64,000 nucleotides of DNA from Macrostomum lignano (taxonomy: Eukaryota): positions 62,001-126,000 of the forward strand of contig NIVC01000625.1 of assembly GCA_002269645.1 (NCBI GenBank), in the 5' to 3' direction. Shown here in pieces: positions 52,283 through 64,000 of this stretch (the stretch's first letter is position 1; every line of letters begins with the position of its first letter). The position numbers were made by a program, and so were the translations under genes. The notes beneath the pieces are model-generated. The model saw nothing but the letters and a program-made list of their open reading frames with translations. It was not told the DNA's origin and did not search any database.

Positions 52283-52749
52283 ACCGACGGCGTCAGGTTG
52301 ATGACGAAATGCTTGAGAGACTAGCTGAGCATGTCCAGCAGTTGAGGCTTGATCAGCGAAACTAGAAAATTTTGCAACAGCGTGTCCATAGTCAGCTGGT
52401 GCCACCTGTTGAAGGTCCAGAAGCTCCGCTTCGACCAACAAAGTCAGAGCTGATGCAGACACATGTGGTCCACGTGCTGTTGAAATTTGGAGGCTTGGCA
52501 AGGCTGCACTGAGGCGCAGTGCTGATTGGCGCACAGGGGTGTACTGAATACACTGGCGCTTATGGGAAAAATCCGACCTTCTGGCAGAATCGTCGAATAT
52601 CTTGACGGTCCGGAGGGCTGGCGACTTGATTTTTGTTTGAGAAGGTGCGCAACAAAAAGTTAGCCGGTGTTCTTGAATTTCGTGTGGCTGCTTTGCTCTG
52701 TTCCGGCGCAGCAAAAAGTGTCAGGGGGGGGTGGTAGTTCTACTATTAA
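52283..52749 (-). mobile_element. Truncated copy of foldback element A (one arm plus terminus)
   Basis: High similarity to the reverse complement of ~2262-2740; ends GGTAGTTCTACTA-TTAA. Confidence 0.85.
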
Positions 52750-53191
52750 TACATTTAACATATTACATTAACTGAGTTGACGACGTTTGCAAAAAAAGCT
52801 TATTTAAAAAAATATCCACAGAAACAAAAAATCCGCAGTGCAATCCAGATGCTATCTCCAGAGCTCCTTGGCTGCGGCCGTTTGATCTGGTGGCTTTGCG
52901 GACACAGATAGCGCATTAATTAGACCCGGACAATCAGCGGCAATTGAGTCTCTGTCTCAATAATTAATTTAGCTGCAATATTTGCTCTAAGCTGGTCAAC
53001 TAAAAAGCAAAGCTTGGTTCGCGGCATCTCAGAGAGAGTTGACTCAGCGGCGAGCTGGGGTCGAGATGAGGATTGGCCTAATCTGCCTAATTAACTCGTT
53101 TAATCCACTGTTTGCTTCCGATTCTGTTGAGCGAACGAAGTTGCTGATAAATCTTCGGAGTTGTTGAATATTGATTCGTATTGGCGTTGGA

Positions 53192-53643
53192 ATATTTGCC
53201 AGCCTGGATATTTGCCAGCCTGGATATTTGCCAGCCTGGATATTTGCCAGCTGGATATTCGCCAGCCTGGATATTTGCCAGCTGGATATTTGCCAGCTGG
53301 ATATTCGCCAGCTGGATATTTGCCAGCTGGATATTTGCCAGCCTGGATATTTGCCAGCTGGATATTCGCCAGCCTGGATATTTGCCAGCTGGATATTTGC
53401 CAGCTGGATATTCGCCAGCTGGATATTTGCCAGCTGGATATTTGCCAGCCTGGATATTTGCCTGCTGGATATTCGCCAGCTGGATATTCGCCAGCTGGAT
53501 ATTTGCCAGCCTGGATATTTGCCAGCTGGATATTCGCCAGGTGGATATTCGCCAGCTGGATATTTGCCAGCTGGATATTTGCCAGCTAGATATTTGCCAG
53601 CTGGATATTTGCCAGCCTGGATATTTGCCTGCTGGATATTTGC
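53192..53643 (+). repeat. 15/16-bp minisatellite (GCCAGC(C)TGGATATTT)n, ~29 copies
   Basis: Tandem unit directly visible. Confidence 0.96.
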
Positions 53644-53934
53644 TATTCCAATATTTTAGTAAGAATTAGAATTATAATAAAATAGCTTAAATTAGCAACG
53701 GCAAAATTTACGCAACACTCAAAATTAAATCAGAACTTGAATGAATTTCACAAGCCACTCTACTGCGAGTAGCAGTTTCGGAATAACACCGGAGTTACAA
53801 AGTGAGTTCACGAATACTTCTCAGTTAATATTTTTATATTTATATCGAATTTGTTCAAATTCACTGAAATATGCTGGGCAGGCATCGGCGGTCAAAGGCA
53901 ATTATTCATGAAAAGTTCATCGAGGACTCTGCAG

Positions 53935-56438
53935 TCACGGCACCACTTCATATTCGTTTTCGTCAGCGGCATTCAGGTAGTCGGCCGGCCGCTCCGAGGC
54001 GCACATCTCGCAGCCCGGCCGCTCCGGCGGGTTCCGGTAGGTGCATATGGGACAGCTCCAGCCGGGCTGCGGGCGGGGGCGGCACCGCGAGTGAGGCGTC
54101 CGTCTGGGGAATCTAGCTGGGGAATCTAGCTGGGGAATCTAGCTGGGGAATCTAGCTGGGGAATCTAGCTGGGGAATCTAGCTGGGGAATCTAGCTGGGG
54201 AATCTAGCTGGAGAATCTAGCTGGGAAATCTAGCTGGGGAATCTAGCTGGGGAATGTAGCTGGGGAATAATTTAGCTGGGGAATAATTTAGCTGGGGAAT
54301 ATAGCTGGGGAATAATTTAGCTGGGAAATATAGCTGGGGAATAATTTAGCTGGGGAATATAGCTGGGGAATCTAGCTGGGAAATCTAGCTGGGGAATCTA
54401 GCTGGTGAATGTAGCTGGGGAATCTAGCTGGGGAATCTAGCTGGGGAATAATTTAGCTGGGGAATCTAGCAGGGGAATCTAGCTGGGAAATCTAGCTGGG
54501 AATCTAGCTGGGGAATAATTTAGCTGGGGAATATAGCTGGGGAATAATTTAGCTGGGGAATCTAGCTGGGGAATCTAGCTGGGGAATCTAGCTGGGAATC
54601 TAGCTGGGGAATCTAGCTGGGGAATAATTTAGCTGGGGAATCTAGCTGGGGAATCTAGCTGGGGAATAATTTAGCTGGGGAATCTAGCTGGGGAATCTAG
54701 CTGGGGAATAATTTAGCTGGGGAATCTAGCTGGGGAATCTAGCTGGGGAATAATTTAGCTGGGGAATCTAGCTGGGGAATCTAGCTGGGGAATAATTTAG
54801 CTGGGGAATCTAGCTGGGGAATCTAGCTGGGGAATAATTTAGCTGGGGAATAATTTAGCTGGGGAATCTAGCTGGGGAATCTAGCTGGGAAATCTAGCTG
54901 GGAATCTAGCTGGGGAATAATTTAGCTGGTAATATAGCTGGGGAATAATTTAGCTGGGGAATCTAGCTGGGGAATCTAGCTGGGGAATCTAGCTGGGGAA
55001 TCTAGCTGGGGAATCTAGCTGGGGAATAATTTAGCTGGGGAATCTAGCTGGGGAATCTAGCTGGGGAATCTAGCTGGGGAATAATTTAGCTGGGGAATCT
55101 AGCTGGGGAATCTAGCTGGGGAATAATTTAGCTGGGGAATAATTTAGCTGGGGAATCTAGCTGGGGAATCTAGCTGGGAAATCTAGCTGGGAATCTAGCT
55201 GGGGAATAATTTAGCTGGGGAATCTAGCTGGGGAATCTAGCTGGGGAATCTAGCTGGGGAATCTAGCTGGGGAATAATTTAGCTGGGGAATCTAGCTGGG
55301 GAATCTAGCTGGGGAATCTAGCTGGGGAATCTAGCTGGGGAATAATTTAGCTGGGGAATCTAGCTGGGGAATCTAGCTGGGGAATCTAGCTGGGGAATCT
55401 AGCTGGGGAATAATTTAGCTGGGGAATCTAGCTGGGGAATAATTTAGCTGGGGAATAATTTAGCTGGGGAATCTAGCTGGGGAATCTAGCTGGGGAATCT
55501 AGCTGGGGAATCTAGCTGGGGAATCTAGCTGGGGAATCTAGCTGGGGAATAATTTAGCTGGGGAATCTAGCTGGGGAATCTAGCTGGGGAATCTAGCTGG
55601 GGAATAATTTAGCTGGGGAATCTAGCTGGGGAATCTAGCTGGGGAATCTAGCTGGGGAATCTAGCTGGGGAATAATTTAGCTGGGGAATCTAGCTGGGGA
55701 ATCTAGCTGGGGAATCTAGCTGGGGAATCTAGCTGGGGAATAATTTAGCTGGGGAATCTAGCTGGGGAATATAGCTGGGGAATCTAGCTGGGGAATCTAG
55801 CTGGGGAATCTAGCTGGGGAATCTAGCTACCAATATGATAAGCAACTGCTGAGGTGTTTTACCTCGATATTTTCTGGAACTGGCGGCTGCGGCTGCATCG
55901 GCGGCTCAGGCAGCTGAGGCCGCAACGCTGGCGGCTGCGGCAGCGGCTCCGCCCACATTTTCTGTGCAGGGGCGGCGGCGGCGACTGGGGCGGGGGCGGC
56001 AGGCTGTCCGGGAGCTGGTGGCGGTCGCTGCTGTCCCCACCTGTGCTTGAACAGGTCCTTGCTCAGCAGGTAAAGATGCACAACCACCTCGTGCTTGTGC
56101 TCCAGCTCGCCCAGCGGGGTGCTGTCCGGCGGGATTCGGCCGCAGGCGACGCAGCACTGCGCCTGGCGGGGAATCTCCAGCTCGGAGGCCACGCGCATCT
56201 TCAGCTCCGCCACGGTGCTGGCCGTGCTGAACTTGAACAGCCGCGGCTTGGGCAGCTCTTTGTCGCGGTCGCGGAAGAACACCTTGACTAGGAGACCCTC
56301 GCTGGACTGCGGGAACACCCGGATGGAGCCGCCCGACTGGCACAGCTGCACCACCGCTTGCCTGGCAGCCTCCGCTTTCTGACTGCAGATGGCGTCCTGC
56401 AGCCGGTTGGCAAGGTCGGCAGGAGTCTGGTGGCCCAT
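53935..56438 (-). CDS. SHARPIN/HOIL-1L(RBCK1)-family LUBAC accessory subunit-like protein: LTM + UBL + Pro-rich linker + NZF; exons 56438-55863 and 54066-53935 (~235 aa; upstream exon possible)
   Basis: LTM-like [56 protein letters not shown]...[36 protein letters not shown] followed by a stop after 16 more residues. Phase-0 junction GAG|GTAAAA ... cgcag|CCC. Confidence 0.85.
54105..55828 (+). repeat. 13-bp minisatellite (CTAGCTGGGGAAT)n with 16-bp variants, ~125 copies, filling the SHARPIN-like intron
   Basis: Tandem unit directly visible. Confidence 0.98.
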
Positions 56439-57494
56439 TGCTAAAGCCAGAAGATGGCGATGAAGGGGGTGAGTCTCTAAAGAAAATCTTAAAGAATAAT
56501 TTAAGCATTTGTGATCAAGACATCAACATTAACATAAACGAAATTTGTGCCTTAGATAGAGTATTGACCTAAAAATTTTTAAATATATTTTAAGATAGTA
56601 AGTTGGCTAACCAAAATAGTTAACAATTATTGCTTTTCCACATCTTCTAATATCTTGTTACTATTACAAATGAAATTTAGAAATATCAATGATAATATTT
56701 TATTGCATAACATTTTAAATAGTTAACCAAATAAATATATTATCCTACTTTTATTCTAAGGATATAAATGGTTATTTATTTAGAAAACTTTGCAATCTTT
56801 TTACGCTAATGAAGCAGAAGAGCTTTGATCTAGAACTGGTCAACTGGAAGTATGCTATAGCTATACTAACATTTTCAAAGGACAAAACAAATATTTCAGC
56901 AAAATCTAATTTATAGTTAAAGTATTCCATCTAAAAAGATTATCTAAAATTTATTTTAAAGGGCCAAATGAAAAATCAGTAAAATTTCAAATGATAAAAT
57001 ATCAATATATTTATATTTTCGACTTTTAAAAATTAGTTTACTTGGATTAAAAGCAAAAACTGAAACGTTTTGAGCACCACCATTATGTCTCACTCCTCAG
57101 TAGTACTAACTACTATGGAATAAATATTTTTCCATTAAATATCACAGCTTCATCGTTTATGTCGTGATAAAAGTCATTAAATTTCGTGAAATCAAAAAAT
57201 AAAATCACAAAATCTGGTCTAGAGGTGCTACTAGCCATAATAAAAAACATGATAACGAAAACTTCAAGGTACTAAATCAAATGCAACAGTACCTCATTCT
57301 TTAACATTTTTGTTTCCCATTTAAAATCATTTTTAAAAGTAATATGTTACAAAAATTAAATTTATTCATTCAAAACATTTTTTGACAGCCTCTTTTGCTT
57401 TTATACTACTTTATTTGTTTAATCCTGTAAAAAATTTAAATCAAGTTTACTTCTTTCAAGAATTTCTTTCAAGATTAATTTTGGGTCCATCGTC

Positions 57495-57879
57495 CATGAG
57501 AATTGCCCGCAGACGAAATGCCCGCCGAGATTTGCCCGCAGTGCATTTTGCCCGCGAGTGGATTGCCCGCGAGCGAGTTGCCCGTGGAGTTTTTTCCCGC
57601 CGAGGTTTGCCCACAATGCTTTTTTACTGCAGATTTTGTCTGCACCTTCCCAATGCTTATTACATTTAATAAATCTTAGTAAAGAGATTTACACGATCAA
57701 AATAGTAACTGCATATCAAATGCGTATTTTTTGGGGGGCCGAGCAATACAGACAGAATCTAGCTGCCAAATGCGCTGCAATAAAAAAGCATTGCGGGCAA
57801 ACCTCGGCGCGCAAATCTCCACGGGCAAATCTCCTGCAGGCAAATCTCGGCGGGCAATTCGTCTGCTGGCATTCTCATG
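57495..57879. mobile_element. MITE with subterminal TTGCCCGC / GCGGGCAA motif arrays
   Basis: TIR CATGAGAATTGCCCGCAGACGAAATGCCC ... GGGCAATTCGTCTGCTGGCATTCTCATG; oriented motif repeats inside each end. Confidence 0.8.
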
Positions 57880-58680
57880 CTCTCATTAATTTTTTGAATG
57901 ATTTCAGAAGAACACACGTACGCTTACATTTGATGCGCATTTCCAATCATTAGTGTTGGATGTATGTACATGCGCTTTTTGACAGCAACCCAGCCTTGGC
58001 TGCTGTCAGGCTGATGCCGCGTTTGTGTTGGTTGTTATACAGCTTCAAAGCATACAAGGCCATGCTAATTGTTTGCTATAATGGGTGAAAAGGGGTTCTC
58101 AGCATATTACTGTTGCGCTATGTACATGTAGTAATTTGTCTTGCGGATCGTGCGCTCATATTGCACAGCTTTGCACAGCTTGAGCAGAACCAATCCTAAT
58201 TCTAAAACTATAATTTCGCACAAATTCAAACACCTAAAGCTTATATGAACAGCGCATCCATGAAACAGTTCTTGGGATTTGGGAATCAGGGACGTCGTAC
58301 GTACAGTAGTTATACCATAAGAAAATAAATTCTCATCTTCAGCTTTCTCAAAATGGTCCAGCCTCGCCTCAGTTGCTGAACAATTAGGATTTTACGTCAC
58401 CTGCTTACCTAGGATTTTGACTTTAGATTTTACATTAGATGTACATTTGCTTTGTGCTTTGTACATCACATAATTAACAAAATAGTAAAACAGAAATGAA
58501 CAGATATGTATAGCCTTATAGCAGTTATATTTACGCAATTGACTATCGATGTGAAGAATGTATAATATCAATCAAAATATATCTAATAAAAAATAGATAG
58601 AAAATCGATAGCAGCTGCCTGGCTGGTCATTCGGCCAATGCTTGTAAAAAAATTTTGCACATACAATTCAGGGACTATCT

Positions 58681-58855
58681 ATAGTACCCTGTGTCCCCTC
58701 TAGTACCCTGTATATCCCCTCTAGCTAGTACCCTGTATATCCCCTCTAGCTAGTACCCTGTATATCCCCTCTAGCTAGTACCCTGTATATCCCCTCTAGC
58801 TAGTACCCTGTATATCCCCTCTAGCTAGTACCCTGTATATCCCCTCTAGCTAGCA
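58681..58855 (+). repeat. 25-bp minisatellite (CTAGTACCCTGTATATCCCCTCTAG)n
   Basis: Tandem unit visible; related to the array at 28131-28565. Confidence 0.93.
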
Positions 58856-59271
58856 CAAGAGAATTACAATATTCTAACAAAATTAGCATACATACCTATC
58901 AGCATACATATCATTAGCAATTAACTATAAGTTGAGGGTGACTGCGTCAATCGAGTAGAACTACATGTATGCTAAAGCTAGTAGTATGGCATAACAAATT
59001 GGTCGATTTAACATGGATGAAAAAACAGAAACGTCGGATTGGATTTTTACTTTTCGGTAGCCTAGTCAAAATTATTTGAATGATACTCAGTAGTATAACT
59101 GTATATTCACCAAAAATGTACATATGCTGTTTTCTATACTGAACATGCAATGCACATGAATTGTTGAATGCATCGATACGAGCACCGCAACATCGGAAGA
59201 AAATCAAAATTAATCGAGGGATGTATAACTCTTCAGCGTCACGTGTACAAATTATTGACTAATTTCCTCAC

Positions 59272-59703
59272 AGATACACTGTACAAGCACACACAGATAC
59301 ATTGTACAAGCACACACAGATACACTGTACAAGCACACACAGATACACTGTACAAGCACACACAGATACACTGTACAAGCACACACAGATACACTGTACA
59401 AGCACACACAGATACATTGTACAAGCACACACAGATACACTGTACAAGCACACACAGATACACTGTACAAGCACACACAGATACACTGTACAAGCACACA
59501 CAGATACACTGTACAAGCACACACAGATACACTGTACAAGCACACACAGATACACTGTACAAGCACACACAGATACACTGTACAAGCACACACAGATACA
59601 CTGTACAAGCACACACAGATACACTGTACAAGCACACACAGATACACTGTACAAGCACACACAGATATACTGTACAAACACACGGATCCACTGTACAAGC
59701 ACT
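59272..59703 (+). repeat. 23-bp minisatellite (TACAAGCACACACAGATACACTG)n, ~19 copies
   Basis: Tandem unit directly visible. Confidence 0.97.
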
Positions 59704-60147
59704 AAAACTTTCCTATTGAAATTGGATTTTGGTAAATTAGTTAACTGTTCTATTCTTAAAATATCTGAGCTGAGCATTGCAGTCGGATCATTGTGCATGG
59801 CCTTCGAGTAGTTATAAAAACTGGCATTCTGTTTCATACACCTTCATTCGTCAGGCTCAACAAAACTCGCGTGACTGACAGGCCACCGGCAGCCAATGCA
59901 GGTGAGTCTCTGCTGCAGAAGCCGCCCCCCCCCCAGTGCTTTCCTCTGGGTCGGATGTTGACTGTCGGCAAATTTGCTCTGGGAGTGAGGCGGGAGCTGG
60001 CTAGCAAACAGAGCGGCGGAGCTGGGGACTCAGGGCTGCTCGCCTTCTGACTGGCCTGACTTGTTGAGTCCCGCTAGCTATACAAAAACTTGAGAAAGCG
60101 ATCCAGCCGAGCCTTGAGCTGCGTGACCAGCGCAGAGCTGCAGCGGG

Positions 60148-61236
60148 ATGATTCAGGCCAAGCTAAAGAGCTTCCGCGAGCTCAAGGCGGAGAAGGCCAA
60201 CCGGTTGGAGACCTGGCGGCTGCAGCTGCGGCTCCGCCTCATGGACAAGGAGAGCGGGCACCGGAGCCACCTCAGCTACTTGGAGCGGAAGAAAATCGTC
60301 AGGCAGATGGACTCGGTGCGCAGCACCACCGGCTACAGTCCTTTGAGCGTGCCGCCGCTGCCCGCCGACCGCGCGCTCAAGGACAGTCAGTACTTCACAT
60401 CTAGCCAGCGCGTCAGCGAACGCGCATTGAGAAAATGGCGCGTCCAGGAGGCGCTGCTGGAGAGGGACCTGCGACTCACGGATCTTGAGGTGCGCAAACG
60501 AGAAGAGCAGCAGGCGGCGCTGGTGAGACTGCTTGTCGATCTCGGTGTCATCGAGGAGAGCTCCCAGATTGATAGCCTGCCCAAGGACTCGCCGCGTCAG
60601 CAGCAGCAGCAGAGGTCACCGAATCAGCCGCCGCAGCAGCTGGCCCATCAACAGAAGCGCCAGCAGGTTCAGCGCCCGCTCACCGCGGCTGCCAGTTCCG
60701 GCCCGCTGCCTCCAGTCGCTGAGGAGAAGCGAACTGCCTCTGCCTCCACCGGGCAGAAGCCGCTTGATCAGCAGCAGTCGGGACCGCCGCAGCGCCGGGG
60801 CGTCACCTTCAGCGCCGACTCGAAGGCGAGTGAGGACTTGCCAGATGGCGCAGCGCCGGCGGCTCCGCTGTCCTCCATGCCACAATGGAAGCGGCAGCTC
60901 CGCTACGAGGCGCCACCGGCGCTGGGGGCGCAGCGCGAGTCGGCCCGCGTCCGCCTGGCCGTGTCGAAATCCGCTCTGCGCCGCGAGCTGCAGCAGATGG
61001 TGGACGCGCACGAGAAGGACCCGGCCAAGATCGCCCAGGCGGAGGCGGCGCGCCGCGAGCAGAGCCGCCTGGCCATGCAGCAGACGGTGAGCCACATGCG
61101 CCGGATGAGCATGCTGCCGCCAGAAGACCACGACCCCAGTCGGAGGAGCTCCGTGTCGGCGCTGCTGCTGCTGGACCGGGACAGCAGCGGCGACGAGAGC
61201 GACGGAGCTGACTCGGCCGCTGACAAGGAGGCCTGA
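60148..61236 (+). CDS. Uncharacterised 362-aa protein with an N-terminal coiled coil (weakly CCDC190-like), Gln/Pro-rich middle and acidic tail
   Basis: Uninterrupted GC-rich ORF with strong C/G-ending codon bias. An upstream donor CAG|GTGAGT at 59901/59902 suggests a 5' exon (possibly adding MQSCSG). Confidence 0.8.
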   Translation: MIQAKLKSFRELKAEKANRLETWRLQLRLRLMDKESGHRSHLSYLERKKIVRQMDSVRSTTGYSPLSVPPLPADRALKDSQYFTSSQRVSERALRKWRVQEALLERDLRLTDLEVRKREEQQAALVRLLVDLGVIEESSQIDSLPKDSPRQQQQQRSPNQPPQQLAHQQKRQQVQRPLTAAASSGPLPPVAEEKRTASASTGQKPLDQQQSGPPQRRGVTFSADSKASEDLPDGAAPAAPLSSMPQWKRQLRYEAPPALGAQRESARVRLAVSKSALRRELQQMVDAHEKDPAKIAQAEAARREQSRLAMQQTVSHMRRMSMLPPEDHDPSRRSSVSALLLLDRDSSGDESDGADSAADKEA

Positions 61237-61336
61237 GAAGAGTCGAAATTTGCAGAATGTACACAAAAACAGTCTCGGCCGCTGACAAGGAGGCCTGAGA
61301 AGAGTCGCAATTTGCAGAATGTACACAAAAACAGTC
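61212..61336 (+). repeat. 62-bp tandem duplication spanning the stop codon and proximal 3' UTR
   Basis: CTCGGCCGCTGACAAGGAGGCCTGAGAAGAGTCG... at 61212 and 61274. Confidence 0.95.
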
Positions 61337-63373
61337 TTTGAATTTTTTGCTTTACTTACTATGTTCTACTTTCTCACAACTAAAGTACCATATAGCTGGA
61401 CCATGCAACATGTAACCTGTACCTGAAGCGCTGGGCCCCCGGCCCGCTGACAATGCTTCTTCAGTACGTATTTCACTATAAAACAAGGCAGTATGTTTAC
61501 AATCTTTTGTACATGAACACAATTGTCCGCTATCTTTACTTCAATTCGCAACGCGAGACCAGGATAATCAGTCCTGTGCTATGGCAACTTTAAGTTCTTT
61601 TCCTGAATAGGAAATTTTCCTGTAGCACTCGCCTGTTAGAGAAAATTTGTAGTTTTTTTGGACACTAGTACTCATAAATGCCATGAATATACTTTTTAGT
61701 ATCCTTTTAAAACTAACTACATGTACAATTTATGCGGTTGGTAACTGCAGAAAAAGTAACCAATGAATATATTTTTTAAAATTTTATAGTTGCTTTTGAG
61801 AATACTTGCTATCATGGATAAATTTGGATAGACATACCAGCTCGCAGGAACGTATCCATGGATTTTATGGTAGGGGGAACAAAGCCAAGAAGTCAACATG
61901 TACATGACTAAATTCCTACAATTCCATTATTTTAAGAATCGTGTTGTCAGCGCTCATTTTGGCGCCGCAGGCACTCATTATTTTAGCGCCGCAGGCACTC
62001 ATTTTGGCGCCTAAAAAAGGCGCTATATTTTGGCGCCCTGAAGAAAAATTATTCATTAACACAACGAGTCACAAGGTGGGGTTGGGGGGGACAAAGCATT
62101 GGCATATCCCCCCATTGCTTTTACTGGGGGGGGACATGTCCCCCTTGTCCCCCCCCCGGTTGGCGACGCGCCTGCCAGCTCGTATCTATAGTATTTGAAC
62201 CTTTAGCGAGCGATGGTTAGTTGAATGATCGATGTGATTCTACAAGTGCTCGGTGCAGTGAAATTTTTTTTTCATTTCTATTTGCCAATTTATCTGCTTA
62301 GCTCGTAGCCTTCAGAAAAATGACTCTTTTTGAAAAACGATACAAAACAAGGATGGCTTAATTCGATCTGGTTATGTCGATTATGCATTTTTTGATTATA
62401 AAAACTGGCCTTACAAAAATCACAGAAAATTCGCGTCCCCGTACCTCTATACATTAGTTTCCGAATTTTCGATTTCACCATAAATTTTCAATAAAGAACA
62501 ATGTTTCTGCAGAACAAAATCATTTATAAAATTTACAGCAAAACATTTACATTCATAATACGGACTATGACCTTAGGACGAACTGACAGTTATAAGCCAA
62601 ATTTTATTTGTATTTTCTGTTGCTGTACATAGTTTCTTTTAAAAAGTTTCCTTGAGATTTTGTTCAATGCAATGCATTCTAAATAATAAGTATTCAATAA
62701 CTTATTTATAGTCCGTTTGTTTTTTTACGTTGCACGTGGATGTGCTCCATTTGAGATATCAATGTTCCAAGAAACGAGCCATCACATTCATAGGGGCGAT
62801 AATTTTACACACCCTCCACTGGCTGCTGTTTAAGAACCTGTTTCAGTTGTTGTCCAATATAATGCAAAAAGATGAGCAGTCTGATTAGTCATAATTAGTC
62901 GCAAACGCGTATTATGTATAGTTTCATCTAAGTTACATGAATTGAATTGGATAGAATAAAAGATGCTGTGAATTAACCATTAAATTGAATCTTATCATAC
63001 TAAATCTACCATTCAGGAAAGGAATATGATATTAAGGATGTAGTAAGAAAATACGGATTTCAGACCATTATGATATATAGTGTTTTAGAATAGTAATATT
63101 TAGTTAGTATTTTAGATTTTTTTAAACTTTTTATATACATATTTTTAAGCTTCCAATTTTGTTTGTTAATTAAGAACTTTGTTTGATTTATTTTACCTAT
63201 TATTTCTAAACAAATATTATATTACAGTATTTTACTGTTGTCTCAAATGAAAAAACCCAATGTCAAGTTTTCTTATTAGACTTAGGTTCAAGCCTATATG
63301 AGACTTCAGATTTTTATATTTAAGCAAGGCAGGATTATAGTTCCATTTTTTTGTTTTGAAAATGAGTTGAAAG

Positions 63374-63560
63374 CAGTAGCACAACCTGAAATTTGTTAAG
63401 GGGCAGCTTCTGGAGGGTAAAGACCCAAGAGGGAGAGTAGAGGGGATGGCTCTGTATTTTGATAAAAATTTGCTTGGCCTGTTCCTTTAAATTCCCTCTG
63501 TTTTTCTAGTCTCTACCTGAGAGGGGCTGCCTTTCTCCCTGCCCCCTGGTTGTGCCATTG
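63374..63560. mobile_element. Old hAT MITE with CpG-decayed TIRs and an 8-bp TSD
   Basis: TIRs CAGTAGCACAACC / GGTTGTGCCATTG; flanks GTTGAAAG (63366-63373) and GTTGAAAA (63561-63568). Confidence 0.8.
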
Positions 63561-64000
63561 GTTGAAAATATACATAAGTTAGAGCCAATTTAAAGCTTGA
63601 GAAATGGATATTAAAAACCTATAGCATTGGCACAAATAAGAGATGTAGCAGGGTATAGAAAATAGAAAGTATAAAAGTATAGGCTAGAGTCAACACACTT
63701 TATACCAAGGCTTATAGGCTATTACAAACATAAGTTTATGTATACGTGGATAATATGGTAAATTCAGCTTTTTATTGCCTTATACATAGCTTTAGCATAT
63801 TAATTTTATATTGGCACTTGATACAATGTGTGTTAACTGAGCAAAAGCCAATATAGCCATAAAGCCTATATTGTAGAGTATCTAGCAATTATTAAATTAC
63901 TAATTGACTCATGCCCCATTGTGCTTAGAAATTTTAATTAATTAGGGTGAATTTCGTTTATGCCTATTATTATTTGGGGATCACTATAGAAAATTCATTT

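Noticed and set aside
51764-52714. 316-aa minus-strand ORF with apparent homology to the ORF at 2108-2755
   Set aside because: The similarity comes from the shared non-coding foldback element plus a 16-mer array; no transposase motifs.
62060-62172. GGGGGGACA...TGTCCCCCC hairpin resembling a MITE end
   Set aside because: Only one terminus found and no TSD; too fragmentary to delimit.

Overview
Intron-rich eukaryotic (metazoan) genomic DNA, not prokaryotic. GC-rich exons, minisatellite-packed introns and many MITEs most resemble the flatworm Macrostomum (an inference from sequence style only). I assembled spliced gene models by hand: the 3' end of an unknown gene (+), an SLC10A3/5-like bile-acid-transporter-family gene (-), TRAPPC13 (+), a stand-alone ankyrin + death-domain protein resembling the C-terminal IkB-like half of NF-kB p105/p100 (-), a classical calpain (-), a tetra-ubiquitin gene (+), a claudin/PMP22-like tetraspan (-), a SHARPIN/HOIL-1-family LTM-UBL-NZF protein (-), and a coiled-coil protein (+). 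About 40% of the window is tandem repeats, which explain nearly all of the very long ORFs in the track. Other notable features are nested foldback MITEs, a probable Crypton relic, and sharply bounded CpG-free domains with CpG-decayed hAT MITEs. The most interesting signal is a possible linear-ubiquitin/NF-kB neighbourhood (SHARPIN-like + polyubiquitin + IkB-like + calpain) within about 32 kb. Family calls come from motif recognition by eye and have not been confirmed by any database search.
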